DNA from: Bacillota bacterium
Lineage (GTDB): Bacteria > Bacillota > Clostridia > Lachnospirales > Lachnospiraceae
Direction of reading: 5' to 3'
Length of the DNA stretch: 64,000 bases
Assembly: GCA_023450835.1 (NCBI GenBank)
Contig: JAEXGM010000014.1
Coordinates: 49,045 to 113,044, forward strand
Made by a program: the position numbers and the translations under genes. The notes below the pieces were generated by a model, which had not been told where the DNA came from, made no database searches, and saw only the letters and a program-made list of their open reading frames with translations. Shown here piece by piece: positions 9,810-19,778 of this stretch; the stretch's first letter is position 1, and every line of letters begins with the position of its first letter.

Positions 9810-11312
9810 TTAATTTTTTTCTAAAGCTGTTTCCGTATAGTTATTGCTGCCATTCCATAACAGCCATTCCGTATAGCCGGCATCATAGACCGCTTTAATC
9901 TGCTCTCTTATTTCAGCCTTTCCATAGTCAATATGGTGCTTTACCCAGGTTGCCGTAAAGTCCTGGAGCCAGGGCCGTACAACTGCCATCTTCTTCCCGG
10001 TCGTTTCATCCTTTTGTAATGCTTCCTCTGATTTCTTCAGAGCTGCCAGAATTGTCTCGTAGGGCTTCGTATCGGGATAGGAAATTCCAAAGGAGCCTTC
10101 TCCATAATGAGAGGGATATATCATGGGGCAGATATAATCCAGGTACTCTGCCATTTTTACATAGTCCTGTCCTACAATTTCAGCATCTATCTTACTGTCT
10201 ATAATAGTGCCAAAAACATCGGCTGACACCTTTACACCAAGAGGTTTTAAACTGTCACAGGCATATTTGGTAAATTCACTGATGGCTTCAGTCTTAGTCT
10301 TCCCCTTTCCATCTGCTCCAAAATCCACCTGTTTCATGCCTGAGTCTGTAGAAAAACGGATATAATCATACTGAATTTCATCAAATCCTAAATCTGCCGC
10401 CTCTTTTCCGATATCCACCAGGTAATCCCATACTTCCTTTTTATAAGGGTTGACCCAACGGTCGCCGTTCTTATCCTGAAAGACACTGCCGTCCTTCTTC
10501 TTAAGGCACAAATCTTTCCTTTTCTTAGCCAGCAGCGGGTCCTTAAAAGCAACTACTCTTGCTATCAGATAGATGTTTTCCTCTTTTAACTTCTTTATAA
10601 GCCCAGGCATATCATTTATATAAGCTGTGTCCGCTCCAATTTCTTTTGCCAGAGGCTGGTCCATCTTATAGGTAATCTCCCCGTTGTCATTCTTAACATC
10701 GATAACCATCGCATTAATCTCTGTATCATCCGCCAGGGAGATTAAATCTTTCATGTAAGTTGACATGCCTGCTCTGTAGCCGGATACATAAATTCCTTTA
10801 ACTGCTTCGGCTTCTGCGTTCGTTTCTGTCTCAGTATTTGTTTCCGTCTCAGTTTCAGTTACTGTTTCTGAGTCTGACACCGGCTGCTTACCTGCGCTGG
10901 TACCTGATCCATCTGTCGATTCTGTATCCCCCTGCTGCTGATCCTTACTGTCTGTATTCGATTTTTCGCCGGAGCCCGGCTCGGCTGGTGTCACCGGTTT
11001 TTGAATAGTATCATCAAGGGGCTTTTGATTATTATCAAATACTTCATGAGAGGCTGTATTATCCGCTGCCGCATCCTCACTGCTGCCGCCCTCTGCATTA
11101 TCTTTATTATCTTGCAGCAACTCCTTATTTGCATCTTTTCTGTTAATAACAAGACCGTGAATATTTACCACATGAAAATATTGTAAAACAGGTATGGATA
11201 TTAGTAAGGCAAACACCAGAATACCCGTTGCTGCTATCCACCGTTTTCTCCTTTTTCTGTTATTCCTGCTTCCATCTTTTTCGTATTTAATGTATATGTC
11301 TTTTTTCTTCAT
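9810..11312 (-). CDS. Membrane-anchored putative glycoside hydrolase (DUF4015-like)
   Basis: N-terminal TM helix, low-complexity ET-repeat linker, then INAMVIDVK, GFDEIQYDYIRF, PMIYPSHY and RPWLQDF motifs. Confidence 0.75.
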   Translation of the reverse strand: MKKKDIYIKYEKDGSRNNRKRRKRWIAATGILVFALLISIPVLQYFHVVNIHGLVINRKDANKELLQDNKDNAEGGSSEDAAADNTASHEVFDNNQKPLDDTIQKPVTPAEPGSGEKSNTDSKDQQQGDTESTDGSGTSAGKQPVSDSETVTETETETNTETETNAEAEAVKGIYVSGYRAGMSTYMKDLISLADDTEINAMVIDVKNDNGEITYKMDQPLAKEIGADTAYINDMPGLIKKLKEENIYLIARVVAFKDPLLAKKRKDLCLKKKDGSVFQDKNGDRWVNPYKKEVWDYLVDIGKEAADLGFDEIQYDYIRFSTDSGMKQVDFGADGKGKTKTEAISEFTKYACDSLKPLGVKVSADVFGTIIDSKIDAEIVGQDYVKMAEYLDYICPMIYPSHYGEGSFGISYPDTKPYETILAALKKSEEALQKDETTGKKMAVVRPWLQDFTATWVKHHIDYGKAEIREQIKAVYDAGYTEWLLWNGSNNYTETALEKN

Positions 11313-11578
11313 ATTTGTCCTTTGTTATCCTCCCGTTATACCCCTTAAATAATTTTTATATATTTTATTAATTTGTTATCAGCTCTTTAAATTTGGCAGA
11401 AAATATAATTGCTGTTTATTTCCTTCTTTTATTATATCGCTCCTTCGAGAGCTTTTCATTATATTTTCTGTTTTTCTTATCAGAAACATACACAACAATT
11501 CAAGTTATCTTTTGAATATAAACTCCGGACTTTTATGAGTATTATCCGGCATTTACCCTGCATTTTAAGTATTTTAAT

Positions 11579-11607
11579 TTGACACTTTCTTAATATAGAG
11601 ATATAAT
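11579..11607 (+). promoter_or_regulatory. SigA-type promoter of the HTH regulator gene
   Basis: Perfect TTGACA-N17-TATAAT upstream of the ORF at 11669. Confidence 0.8.
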
Positions 11608-11668
11608 TTTTATAAAAATAATAGTTACTAATGTTACCAATTGCATTTCAGGGGGGAGAGATATAAAT

Positions 11669-12010
11669 ATGTCTTTTAATGACCGTCTTAAATTCTTGCG
11701 CCAGAAATTCAAGTTAACACAGGGAGAGCTGGCAGCAGTCATTGGTATAAGACCCAGTGCCGTTGCAAATTACGAAGCCAAAAGAAATGAACCTTCTTTT
11801 GATAAACTTATAGCCTTATCCAATTACTTTAAAGTATCCTGTGACTATTTGTTGGGAGTCTCTGATAACACTCTGCGTATCGGTTATGGTGACTTTGTGA
11901 ATGAAACTGCTGATTTTATCAAGAGGTATAATGAACTAACTCCTGATAATAAAGAAGAATTACATAATTATTTAGATTATTTACTATATAAACAAGACCA
12001 GTTACAATAA
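11669..12010 (+). CDS. XRE-family HTH transcriptional regulator
   Basis: RLKFLR..LTQGELA..AVANYE..RNEPS..YFKVSCDYLLG. Confidence 0.9.
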   Translation: MSFNDRLKFLRQKFKLTQGELAAVIGIRPSAVANYEAKRNEPSFDKLIALSNYFKVSCDYLLGVSDNTLRIGYGDFVNETADFIKRYNELTPDNKEELHNYLDYLLYKQDQLQ

Positions 12011-12028
12011 TTAAGTTTGTTGTTAAAA

Positions 12029-12062
12029 AAACAGTATGGTTTCTGACGAAAACCATACTGTT
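12029..12062. terminator. Bidirectional intrinsic terminator
   Basis: AACAGTATGGTTT...AAACCATACTGTT inverted repeat between convergent genes. Confidence 0.7.
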
Positions 12063-12110
12063 CATGATATTGTTTCACTGCTACGAAACAGTCTCTTAAT
12101 TAAAATATTA

Positions 12111-13778
12111 TTATAATTCAAATTTTGCTATCAGATTAGAAAGGTCAGCCGATACATTCTGTAGTTCTTTTGCAGAAAGGGATATATTATTAAGTCCTTT
12201 GTTCTGACTTTCCAGGGAAGCGGTTATCTCTTCCGTAGCCGCACTGGATTCCTGTGCAACAGAGGAAATATCACTGATTAGTTTCACTGTTTCCTCTTTT
12301 TTCTCATGGACTGCTTTCATATCTGATTCAATTACCTGCAATTGCTCCAATGCTGCATATACTGCATCTACAATGCTTCTAAAGGATTCGCCTGCCTCCC
12401 TGGAAGCCTCGTTGGTAAGGCCTACTGTCTGTACTCCCTTATCCATGATATCCACGGTTTGAGAAAAGGCCAGCTTAACATCCTTTGAAATATTCTCTAT
12501 TTCTCCGACGGAGTGGGTAGTCTGTTCTGCTAATTTACCTATCTCTTCTGCAACTACACCAAAACCCCTGCCCTGCTCACCTGCTCTTGCGCTTTCGATT
12601 CTGGCATTAACCGCAAGCAGATTAGTTTGGTCTGCTATTGCCTTAATAACGGATGTTACATTTACGATTGTTCCAAGCTTAACCGCCAGTTCATCAAGTT
12701 TATCCTTTATCTCACCAATGACCTTACCATTGCCGTCCACCTGATTATGAAGTTCCTTCTGGCACAGGCTTCCCTGCTCACTTACAAGTTTAATATTTTC
12801 CATGCTTTTTTGTGTTGCAGCCAGGTGTCCATAAAGGGAATTAATCTTATCGGCAAGAACATTCATATTATCCAATCCTGACTGGGAATCATCTGCTAAT
12901 CCCGCTGCCCCGCAGGCCAATTCCTCTGAAACCTTTGATATTTCCATCGCAAGACGGGAATTTTCATCCATGGAAGTATTTAATTCATTGACATTCCCCA
13001 GTACCTGCAAGGAATTCTCTTTGATTCCTTTTACCAGTTGAACCAGATTCTCTCTCATCGAGTCCAGGGCAATGCTGATATCGCCAATCTCATCCTTACT
13101 CTGTATCCTTGCACTCTTTCTAAAGTCGCCCGCCGCATATTGCTTTATATTATTCGATATCAGCGAGACAGGCTTTAGTAATCCATTTGAAAACAGAACG
13201 CCAAGGAGGCCTGATATCACTATAATAATAAGGGTAACCATTCCCATGATAAAGGAAGAAGACTGAATTTCGGAATACATCGATACCAGTGATATGCCAA
13301 TATTTAAGGCGCAGGCCTCCTGGTTATATTCAAACTCTGTGGAAATGTTATAAACTGTGGTCCCGTCAGGCATAGTCAGCATACTTCCGGTCGCGGCAGT
13401 TTTTTTGATTTCTTTTCCTCCATTGCCGCCGACTGTTGCTGAGGATACTCCATCCACATCATTTTCGGAATCACCTAATATCTTATCATCTGTCAGGAAG
13501 ACTTCCGATTTAGAGTTTGACAATGAAATATATGTAATATTTCCGTTTCCCTCTTCTTTTATTTCTTTAAACATTTTTTGCATGTCTGTTAGATCTGAAA
13601 TATTATTTTTTATCAGTTCTCTCTTAATTGTAGTTATAAGGGTTTGCCCGTCACTTTTCATCTGAACAGTGACAGCCCTCTTCATTACAAAAAAAGAAAC
13701 AGCCATATATGACAGACCGCAGATAATTACCAGTAATACAATAAAGAAACTAATTTTCTTACGCAACGATAACCGCAC
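12111..13778 (-). CDS. Methyl-accepting chemotaxis protein
   Basis: Two TM helices, HAMP domain (DEIG), signalling hairpin [33 protein letters not shown]. Confidence 0.95.
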   Translation of the reverse strand: MRLSLRKKISFFIVLLVIICGLSYMAVSFFVMKRAVTVQMKSDGQTLITTIKRELIKNNISDLTDMQKMFKEIKEEGNGNITYISLSNSKSEVFLTDDKILGDSENDVDGVSSATVGGNGGKEIKKTAATGSMLTMPDGTTVYNISTEFEYNQEACALNIGISLVSMYSEIQSSSFIMGMVTLIIIVISGLLGVLFSNGLLKPVSLISNNIKQYAAGDFRKSARIQSKDEIGDISIALDSMRENLVQLVKGIKENSLQVLGNVNELNTSMDENSRLAMEISKVSEELACGAAGLADDSQSGLDNMNVLADKINSLYGHLAATQKSMENIKLVSEQGSLCQKELHNQVDGNGKVIGEIKDKLDELAVKLGTIVNVTSVIKAIADQTNLLAVNARIESARAGEQGRGFGVVAEEIGKLAEQTTHSVGEIENISKDVKLAFSQTVDIMDKGVQTVGLTNEASREAGESFRSIVDAVYAALEQLQVIESDMKAVHEKKEETVKLISDISSVAQESSAATEEITASLESQNKGLNNISLSAKELQNVSADLSNLIAKFEL

Positions 13779-13891
13779 TTTTTTATCCTCCCTTTACATT
13801 AATTTTACCTACGAATTAATATAAAATCAAGATAATTCTCCTATATTTATCATAATCATACTTTATTCGACATATAATACAAAAAAAGGAA

Positions 13892-14078
13892 GAGCTGTTG
13901 CAAAAATAAAGTCCTGCGGAGCATGACTTACCTCACACACCGGCAGACATCTGACATGATTTGTATGCTAAAATCGTACATAAAATGTTCGCTTATAGCA
14001 TACAAATCATATCATCTGTCCGCCAAAAAGTGCATTATGGCAAGTCAAGCTTCGCAGGACCTGATTTTACGGCAGCCC
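13892..14078. mobile_element. MITE/REP-like long imperfect palindrome
   Basis: Nested inverted repeats along the whole length: GAGCTGTTGCAAAA/TTTTACGGCAGCCC ends, GTCCTGCGGAGC/GCTTCGCAGGAC, ATGATTTGTATGCTA/TAGCATACAAATCAT. No ORF. Confidence 0.6.
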
Positions 14079-14127
14079 TAATAGTAAAGCTTCAAAAAAT
14101 ATGAAACTTTTAAGCTATTCGATTAAA

Positions 14128-15429
14128 TCAAATGATTGAATCAAGCGCTTGCTTTAAATCCGCAATCAGATCTTCCGCATCTTCGATTCCAATGGAAAGT
14201 CTTAGGGTATCGTCATAGACACCGGCTTTTTCTCTCTCCTCTGCCGTCTGGCCGAAATGAGTGGAAGTAGCGGAATGTACGATCAGAGACTTGGCATCTC
14301 CTACATTTACCATGTAGTCAAATACTCTTACTTTCTCCAGCACTGTCTTAGCTGCTTTTAATCCGCCTTTTAAGCGTATGGACAGGATAGCTCCCGGTCC
14401 CTTGGGAAAATACTTCTTAGCCAGTTCGTAGTAAGGGCTGTCGGAAAGGCCCGGATAATTAACTGCAAGTACCTGAGGATGAGTGCTCAAGAACTCTGCC
14501 ACCTTCTTTGCATTCTGAGTATGGCGCTCCATACGAAGAGAAAGGGTCTCCATTCCCTGTAACAGATAGAATGCGGAAGTAGGAGAAAGATGGGAGCCTA
14601 AATCTGTCAGGTAACGTATTCTTAACCTCTTAGTAAAGATTGAACGATTAAGTTCAGCTTCCCCGATAGAATTCTTGTATTCCTCATAGAAAGATTCGAA
14701 TTGAGGGAATTTGCCGTTAAACCAGTTAAAGCCTCCTTTTTCCACTACAAGCCCTACGATAATGGTACCGTGACCGGACAGATATTTAGTAGCAGAATAG
14801 CAGATAATATCCGCACCATAATCGAAAGCTCTTAACAGATAAGGAGTAGCAAAGGTATTGTCAATAATTAAAGGAATTCCGTTTTCATGGGCAAGGTCAG
14901 CCACTGCCTCAATATCTACGATATTCATGCCCGGATTTCCAAGGCTCTCTATGTAAATTGCCTTTGTCTTTTCATTGATGACCTTCTTATAGGATTCGAT
15001 GTCATTCTCATCCTCTACAAACCTTCCCTGTATGCCATATTCCGGTAATATCTTATTTAAGAGAGTAGTACTTCCGCCATAAAGGGTCTGAACAGCAACT
15101 ATTTCATCTCCCGCTCTGGCAATGTTCAAGAAAGTATTTGAAATGGCTGCCATTCCGGAGCTTAAAGAGAGGGCTGCACTTCCCCCTTCCAGTGACGCAA
15201 TTCTTTTCTCAAGGACATCATTGGTAGGGTTTGAGAAACGCACATAGGAATGCCCTTCTTCTGAGTATTCAAATAATCTGGTACAGCGGTCAAAATCTCC
15301 CAGTTCAAAGGCTGCCGTCTGGTAGATGGGAACCGCCTTTGAGCGGTAATGTTCTGCCGGATTATATCCCGCATGGAGCTGTCTGGTCGTAAACCCAAGT
15401 GAATTGTCCTTATATGCCTCATAACTCAT
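14128..15429 (-). CDS. O-acetylhomoserine aminocarboxypropyltransferase / Cys-Met metabolism PLP enzyme (MetY-like)
   Basis: AVPIYQT, YVRFSNPT, DNTFATP, SATKYLSGHG (PLP lysine), NVGDAKSL and LRLSIGIE motifs. Confidence 0.9.
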   Translation of the reverse strand: MSYEAYKDNSLGFTTRQLHAGYNPAEHYRSKAVPIYQTAAFELGDFDRCTRLFEYSEEGHSYVRFSNPTNDVLEKRIASLEGGSAALSLSSGMAAISNTFLNIARAGDEIVAVQTLYGGSTTLLNKILPEYGIQGRFVEDENDIESYKKVINEKTKAIYIESLGNPGMNIVDIEAVADLAHENGIPLIIDNTFATPYLLRAFDYGADIICYSATKYLSGHGTIIVGLVVEKGGFNWFNGKFPQFESFYEEYKNSIGEAELNRSIFTKRLRIRYLTDLGSHLSPTSAFYLLQGMETLSLRMERHTQNAKKVAEFLSTHPQVLAVNYPGLSDSPYYELAKKYFPKGPGAILSIRLKGGLKAAKTVLEKVRVFDYMVNVGDAKSLIVHSATSTHFGQTAEEREKAGVYDDTLRLSIGIEDAEDLIADLKQALDSII

Positions 15430-16060
15430 ATTGATACCCTGCCTTTTTATATAAATATTTTTCTAATGTCCTTAGTAATACATCTGCCACCAATGCGATA
15501 CCGGCGCAGAAAATGGTGCCCCAGATAATTTTATAAGAGTTCATGGTACGCAAGCCGTCAAATAAAATCCTGCCCAGCCCTCCGGCATGTATAGTTGCGG
15601 CAATGGTAGCAATTCCTATGGTTGAAATAACTGCCAGATGAATTCCCGCCATAATGACCGGCAGCGCAAGAGGAATCTGAATCTTAAAGAGTCTCTGCCA
15701 ATCGCTCATTCCCATACCTTTCGCAGCTTCCATCACCGCCGGGTCCACACCCCGCAAGCCTGAAATATTATTGCGAAGCAGCAGGAACTGGTTATACAGT
15801 ACCAGCACAAAGATGGCCGTCTTTTCCCCAATCCCCATCACCGGAATCAGCAAAGAAAACAGTGCCAGACTTGGTATGGAATACACTACTCCAAATACCT
15901 GAAGGATAATATTAGAGATAAGCTCTGACCGTATTACCAGTATGGTAATTGCAAAGGCCAGAATAACAGACAGTGCCAAAGTGATTCCGACAATCTTCAA
16001 ATGCTCTGTGAGGGCAGTAAAGAGTTTATCATGATATTTTAAGAAATACTCAAACATCAA
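15419..16060 (-). CDS. ABC transporter permease, OpuCB/ProW-like
   Basis: IPSLALF, EAAKGMGM (EAA loop), AGGLG. Confidence 0.9.
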   Translation of the reverse strand: MMFEYFLKYHDKLFTALTEHLKIVGITLALSVILAFAITILVIRSELISNIILQVFGVVYSIPSLALFSLLIPVMGIGEKTAIFVLVLYNQFLLLRNNISGLRGVDPAVMEAAKGMGMSDWQRLFKIQIPLALPVIMAGIHLAVISTIGIATIAATIHAGGLGRILFDGLRTMNSYKIIWGTIFCAGIALVADVLLRTLEKYLYKKAGYQYEL

Positions 16061-16842
16061 ATCCCTCCCCCGTCTGTGATAAAATACTGCTTGCTTGCCG
16101 AGCGGATTAACGACTCTACAAATTCGTCGGCCGGATTCTTAATAATCGCTTCCGGTGTATCAAACTGCTTTACCTGACCTTTATCCATAATTAAAACCCT
16201 TGTACCCAGCTTAAAAGCTTCATTAATATCATGGGTAACAAACAGAAAAGTCTTTTTGGAAGCCTCATGTATCCTTAGAAGTTCATCCTGCAGCTTTTCA
16301 CGGTTAATGGCATCAATTGCACCAAAGGGTTCGTCTAAGAGCATCAGGGAAGGGTCTGCCGCCAAAGCTCTTGCCAGACCGATTCTCTGCTGCTGCCCTC
16401 CTGATAGCTGGGCCGGATATCTATCTTTAAATTCCTTATACTCCAGATTCACAAGACGGAATAATTCTTCTTCCCTTTTCCGTATCTTTTCCTTATCCCA
16501 TCCCAGAATCTTTGGTACAGTAGCGATATTATTATAGATTGTCATGTGAGGAAATAAACCTACCTGCTGAATTACATATCCGATACTGCGTCTTAGCTTT
16601 ACCGGGTCCATCTCCTGTATGTTCTGACCGAATAATCGTATCTCTCCGCTGTCTGGGTCGTAGATACGGTTGACCAGCTTTAAAAGCGTGGTTTTACCGC
16701 AGCCGGAGGTTCCAAGGATAGTTACCAGCTCGCCTTCCCTGATGCTTAAATTCACCTCATCCAGGGCCTTATAGTTAGCTCCTTTAAAGTGTTTGTTTAT
16801 ATGAATAAATTCAGCAGTGATGCTCATTCTATCATCCCTCAT
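16057..16842 (-). CDS. ABC transporter ATP-binding subunit, OpuCA/ProV-like
   Basis: GTSGCGKTT, LSGGQQQR, LLDEPFGA and FVTHD motifs. Confidence 0.93.
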   Translation of the reverse strand: MRDDRMSITAEFIHINKHFKGANYKALDEVNLSIREGELVTILGTSGCGKTTLLKLVNRIYDPDSGEIRLFGQNIQEMDPVKLRRSIGYVIQQVGLFPHMTIYNNIATVPKILGWDKEKIRKREEELFRLVNLEYKEFKDRYPAQLSGGQQQRIGLARALAADPSLMLLDEPFGAIDAINREKLQDELLRIHEASKKTFLFVTHDINEAFKLGTRVLIMDKGQVKQFDTPEAIIKNPADEFVESLIRSASKQYFITDGGGI

Positions 16843-16865
16843 TTCCTACACATGGTTTTCTTATA

Positions 16866-17807
16866 TTAGTTCTGCGCCTGCACTCGTCTGTTAAGCTTTA
16901 GTGATTTCGTGGGGCAGCCTTGCACGCAGATTCCGCAGCCGACACATTTTGACTGGTCTGCCTGAACTTTCTTTTCTTTTGTAAATACTTTAAAATGACA
17001 GGTCCTGATACATTTGCCGCAGGATATACAACGATTGTCATCAAGATCAATTACATAATTGGTTTCGGGCCAGAAGCCCAGACTGCCTCGTCTTTCCTGC
17101 CCCCGGAAAAGGTAGCAGCAGTCATCACAGCAGTTGCAGATACCGTTGGGGTTTACCGTGTGCATCAATCTGTCCTTATCTGATTTTATGACAATCGCTT
17201 TGGCAGTTTCCTTATCAATTTGCTCCGATAACCCTCTGTGAGCAAAGGAGTTAATACCGTTCTTATAGGTAATGCAGGTTCTGGTGGGCAGCCCGCAATC
17301 CCCTTTCAGGCTCCTGCAATCGCAGAAGTTAAGGTATACCGGCCGGTCCTGCCCTTCAATAAAGGAGAGTACCTCCTCCAGAGGCATGATGATGTCCGAG
17401 GTCGGCCTGACATTCTTATCCTGAGACAGTCCATTATAATAGGCATCAAAGTACCAACTATCCAAAGCGTCCCTTCCCTCTTTCGGGAAACTTCTATAGG
17501 TATCTGTCTCTGAAATCGAGAAAATATCCAGCCTTCCATAAAAGTCTGAGAGCTTATACAGCCCACTTTTTTCGTCCGCAAGGGATATAATCCCTCTCTT
17601 ATAGCTATTTCGGATAAACTCCTTTGCCTGCCCTATTTTAAGCTCCTCAACCTCTGCCGTTGTAAAGGTATCCTTTTCTATCCTGCTTATAAAATCAATC
17701 TCCTCCTTGGTAAACATCTGCTCCAAATAAGGATAGGCAGCCTCCGGTACCTGAAATTTTTCAATAAAGGACTGGCTTATCATGGTTACCCCTTTCGCAA
17801 GTATCAA
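16866..17807 (-). CDS. 4Fe-4S dicluster domain protein
   Basis: C-terminal 2x CxxCxxCxxxC ferredoxin motifs plus CDCR and ICNCCDDCC cysteine clusters. Confidence 0.85.
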   Translation of the reverse strand: MILAKGVTMISQSFIEKFQVPEAAYPYLEQMFTKEEIDFISRIEKDTFTTAEVEELKIGQAKEFIRNSYKRGIISLADEKSGLYKLSDFYGRLDIFSISETDTYRSFPKEGRDALDSWYFDAYYNGLSQDKNVRPTSDIIMPLEEVLSFIEGQDRPVYLNFCDCRSLKGDCGLPTRTCITYKNGINSFAHRGLSEQIDKETAKAIVIKSDKDRLMHTVNPNGICNCCDDCCYLFRGQERRGSLGFWPETNYVIDLDDNRCISCGKCIRTCHFKVFTKEKKVQADQSKCVGCGICVQGCPTKSLKLNRRVQAQN

Positions 17808-17858
17808 ACTTTCGCAATCATTAAACTTTCATATATAAGCACTTTGCTTCTTCCCTAT

Positions 17859-18854
17859 TTACTTAATGGAATCGTAGAATTCCTTTGCTACATCTTCGTA
17901 CTCCTGCTTATCAACATCCACTTTAGCATTTAAAGCAGTAATGGTCTTTGTATCTATCTTGGCATCAACAGCATTTAAGACATCTGCGATATCGGGATTT
18001 GCATCCAGAATATCTTTTCTGACAACAGGTGCGATATTGTAAGGAGGCCATACGTATTTATCATCCTCCAGCAGAGTATAGGTTGCTGAATCCACTAACT
18101 GTCCTTCTGTCGTATAAGCTACGGCTACATCTGCTTCGTCATTCTTTAATACCTCGTACTTCAAACCATTGTCATAAACCTTGGAGGATTTCCAGTTAAA
18201 GTCACCATACTTGGCAGTTAAAGCAGGGATTCCGTCTTCTCTGGTATCAAATTCACCCTGAGAAGCAAACCTTAACTTATCTGCATTCTTTTGTAAGTCT
18301 GAGATAGTCTTGATTCCATATTCAGTGGCTGCCTTGGTGGTAATTACAAGTCCCTGGCCGTCATTTGCCTGAGCATAATCAAGCCATACCAGGTTGAATT
18401 GTTTCTCATATTCAGCTTTTACCGTATCGTATACTTTCTGTGGGTCTGTTTCTAAGGGAAGCTTTAACACGGAGAGCAGTCCGGTACCGGTATATTCAGG
18501 GTATAAATCGATATCACCGCTGACTAAAGTCGTATGTACCACAGCGCTTGCCAGATTAAATACTCTCTCTACCTTATAGCCCTTATCTTCAAGAGCCAGG
18601 GCATAAATCTCTGCCAGCAGTAGATTCTCTGTAAAATCCTTGGAACCGATTTTTATTACGGTATCTTTTTTACTGTCGTCTGCCGCTTGTGTGGCTTCCG
18701 GTGTTCCTGATGTATTATTCGTATTGGTGTTTCCGCTATTTTTTGAGCAGGCGGCAAAGGATGCCACTACTAAAATAACCGCTAACAAAAATGATACTCT
18801 TCTAAAAACAGAATGCTTCATATATTCTCCTTTTCCGCCCCTACTTAGGGGCAT
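17859..18854 (-). CDS. ABC substrate-binding lipoprotein, OpuAC/OsmF family
   Basis: Lipobox FAAC, IGSKDFTE, DLYPEYTGTGL, PPYNIAPVVR. Likely start MKHSVF near 18821. Confidence 0.9.
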   Translation of the reverse strand: MPLSRGGKGEYMKHSVFRRVSFLLAVILVVASFAACSKNSGNTNTNNTSGTPEATQAADDSKKDTVIKIGSKDFTENLLLAEIYALALEDKGYKVERVFNLASAVVHTTLVSGDIDLYPEYTGTGLLSVLKLPLETDPQKVYDTVKAEYEKQFNLVWLDYAQANDGQGLVITTKAATEYGIKTISDLQKNADKLRFASQGEFDTREDGIPALTAKYGDFNWKSSKVYDNGLKYEVLKNDEADVAVAYTTEGQLVDSATYTLLEDDKYVWPPYNIAPVVRKDILDANPDIADVLNAVDAKIDTKTITALNAKVDVDKQEYEDVAKEFYDSIK

Positions 18855-18922
18855 CCCTGCTTAGGGACATCCTTCCGCCGGCATCCCTTTTTCAGGATCA
18901 TTCCATATTCATATTTTAAGAT

Positions 18923-19564
18923 TTATTTTCCAGGATTCTTATACCTGGTAATTCTATGGTCCAGTAAATTAAGTAAATATCCTGATAACAGAGAAAGTAT
19001 GGCAACACTGGCTCCTCCGATTATCAATAAGTCAGACCTCATAAGTCCCAATCCGGTAAAGATAAGGCTTCCAAGACCTCCTGCTCCGATATAAGCCGCC
19101 AGAGTAGCACTGGCTATTACTTCTACCACGGCCGTCTTAATTCCCGTAAATATCAGGGGAAATGCCAATGGAAACTTCACTGTAAAAAACATTCTCCATT
19201 TTCCCATTCCCATAGCATAAGCTGTCTCCAGAACAGGTGCGGGCAGCGTCTGAAAGGCAAGGATAGTATTTATTAAAATCGGGGGTATGGCAAGAACTGC
19301 CAGGGCTGTTACGGCGGGCTTTATTCCTGTGCCCATTATCGGTATACAAAGTATCAGAATGGCAAGGCTGGGTATTACCCTGAGTGTTCCGAATATTCCT
19401 TTGAACAGCTTTGTAAGGCCCCTACATCGCGTACTGAATATCCCAAGAGGAATAGCAATAACCATTGCAAATATGATGGAAATCAGGCTTATATCAATAT
19501 GTTCCAGTGCTAATTTCAAAACACCATTCCAATTATGTATCAAATATTCCAGAATTGGCTGCAT
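18923..19564 (-). CDS. ABC transporter permease, OpuCD/ProW-like
   Basis: IPSLAIL, ETAYAMGM, YIGAGGLG. Confidence 0.9.
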   Translation of the reverse strand: MQPILEYLIHNWNGVLKLALEHIDISLISIIFAMVIAIPLGIFSTRCRGLTKLFKGIFGTLRVIPSLAILILCIPIMGTGIKPAVTALAVLAIPPILINTILAFQTLPAPVLETAYAMGMGKWRMFFTVKFPLAFPLIFTGIKTAVVEVIASATLAAYIGAGGLGSLIFTGLGLMRSDLLIIGGASVAILSLLSGYLLNLLDHRITRYKNPGK

Positions 19565-19585
19565 GTAGTACCTCCTTTCTTTTTA

Positions 19586-19654
19586 ATTCATACTATTTTT
19601 ATATGAATAATATGTATTTAAAGACATAGTAATGCAGAAAACAAAAAATGTCAA
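19586..19654 (-). promoter_or_regulatory. SigA promoter with downstream palindromic operator
   Basis: Minus-strand TTGACA-N17-TACTAT (19654-19626); ATTCATA-N9-TATGAAT inverted repeat at 19586-19608. Confidence 0.65.
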
Positions 19655-19778
19655 TCATTAAATTGTATAATATTTTATCCGGCACTTATTTTAAAATATC
19701 AAAAAACTACCAACTGATATTGTCAGCCGATAGTTTCTTATTATATGTATCACAGTTGCTCGTCCGCTTCATTGTTTC

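Noticed and set aside
10820..10870. Short tandem repeats (GTTTC...)
   Set aside because: They simply encode the ETETET low-complexity linker.
19565..19625. Possible SAM or T-box riboswitch before the operon ending in the MetY-like gene
   Set aside because: The leader is too short and AT-rich and lacks the conserved motifs.
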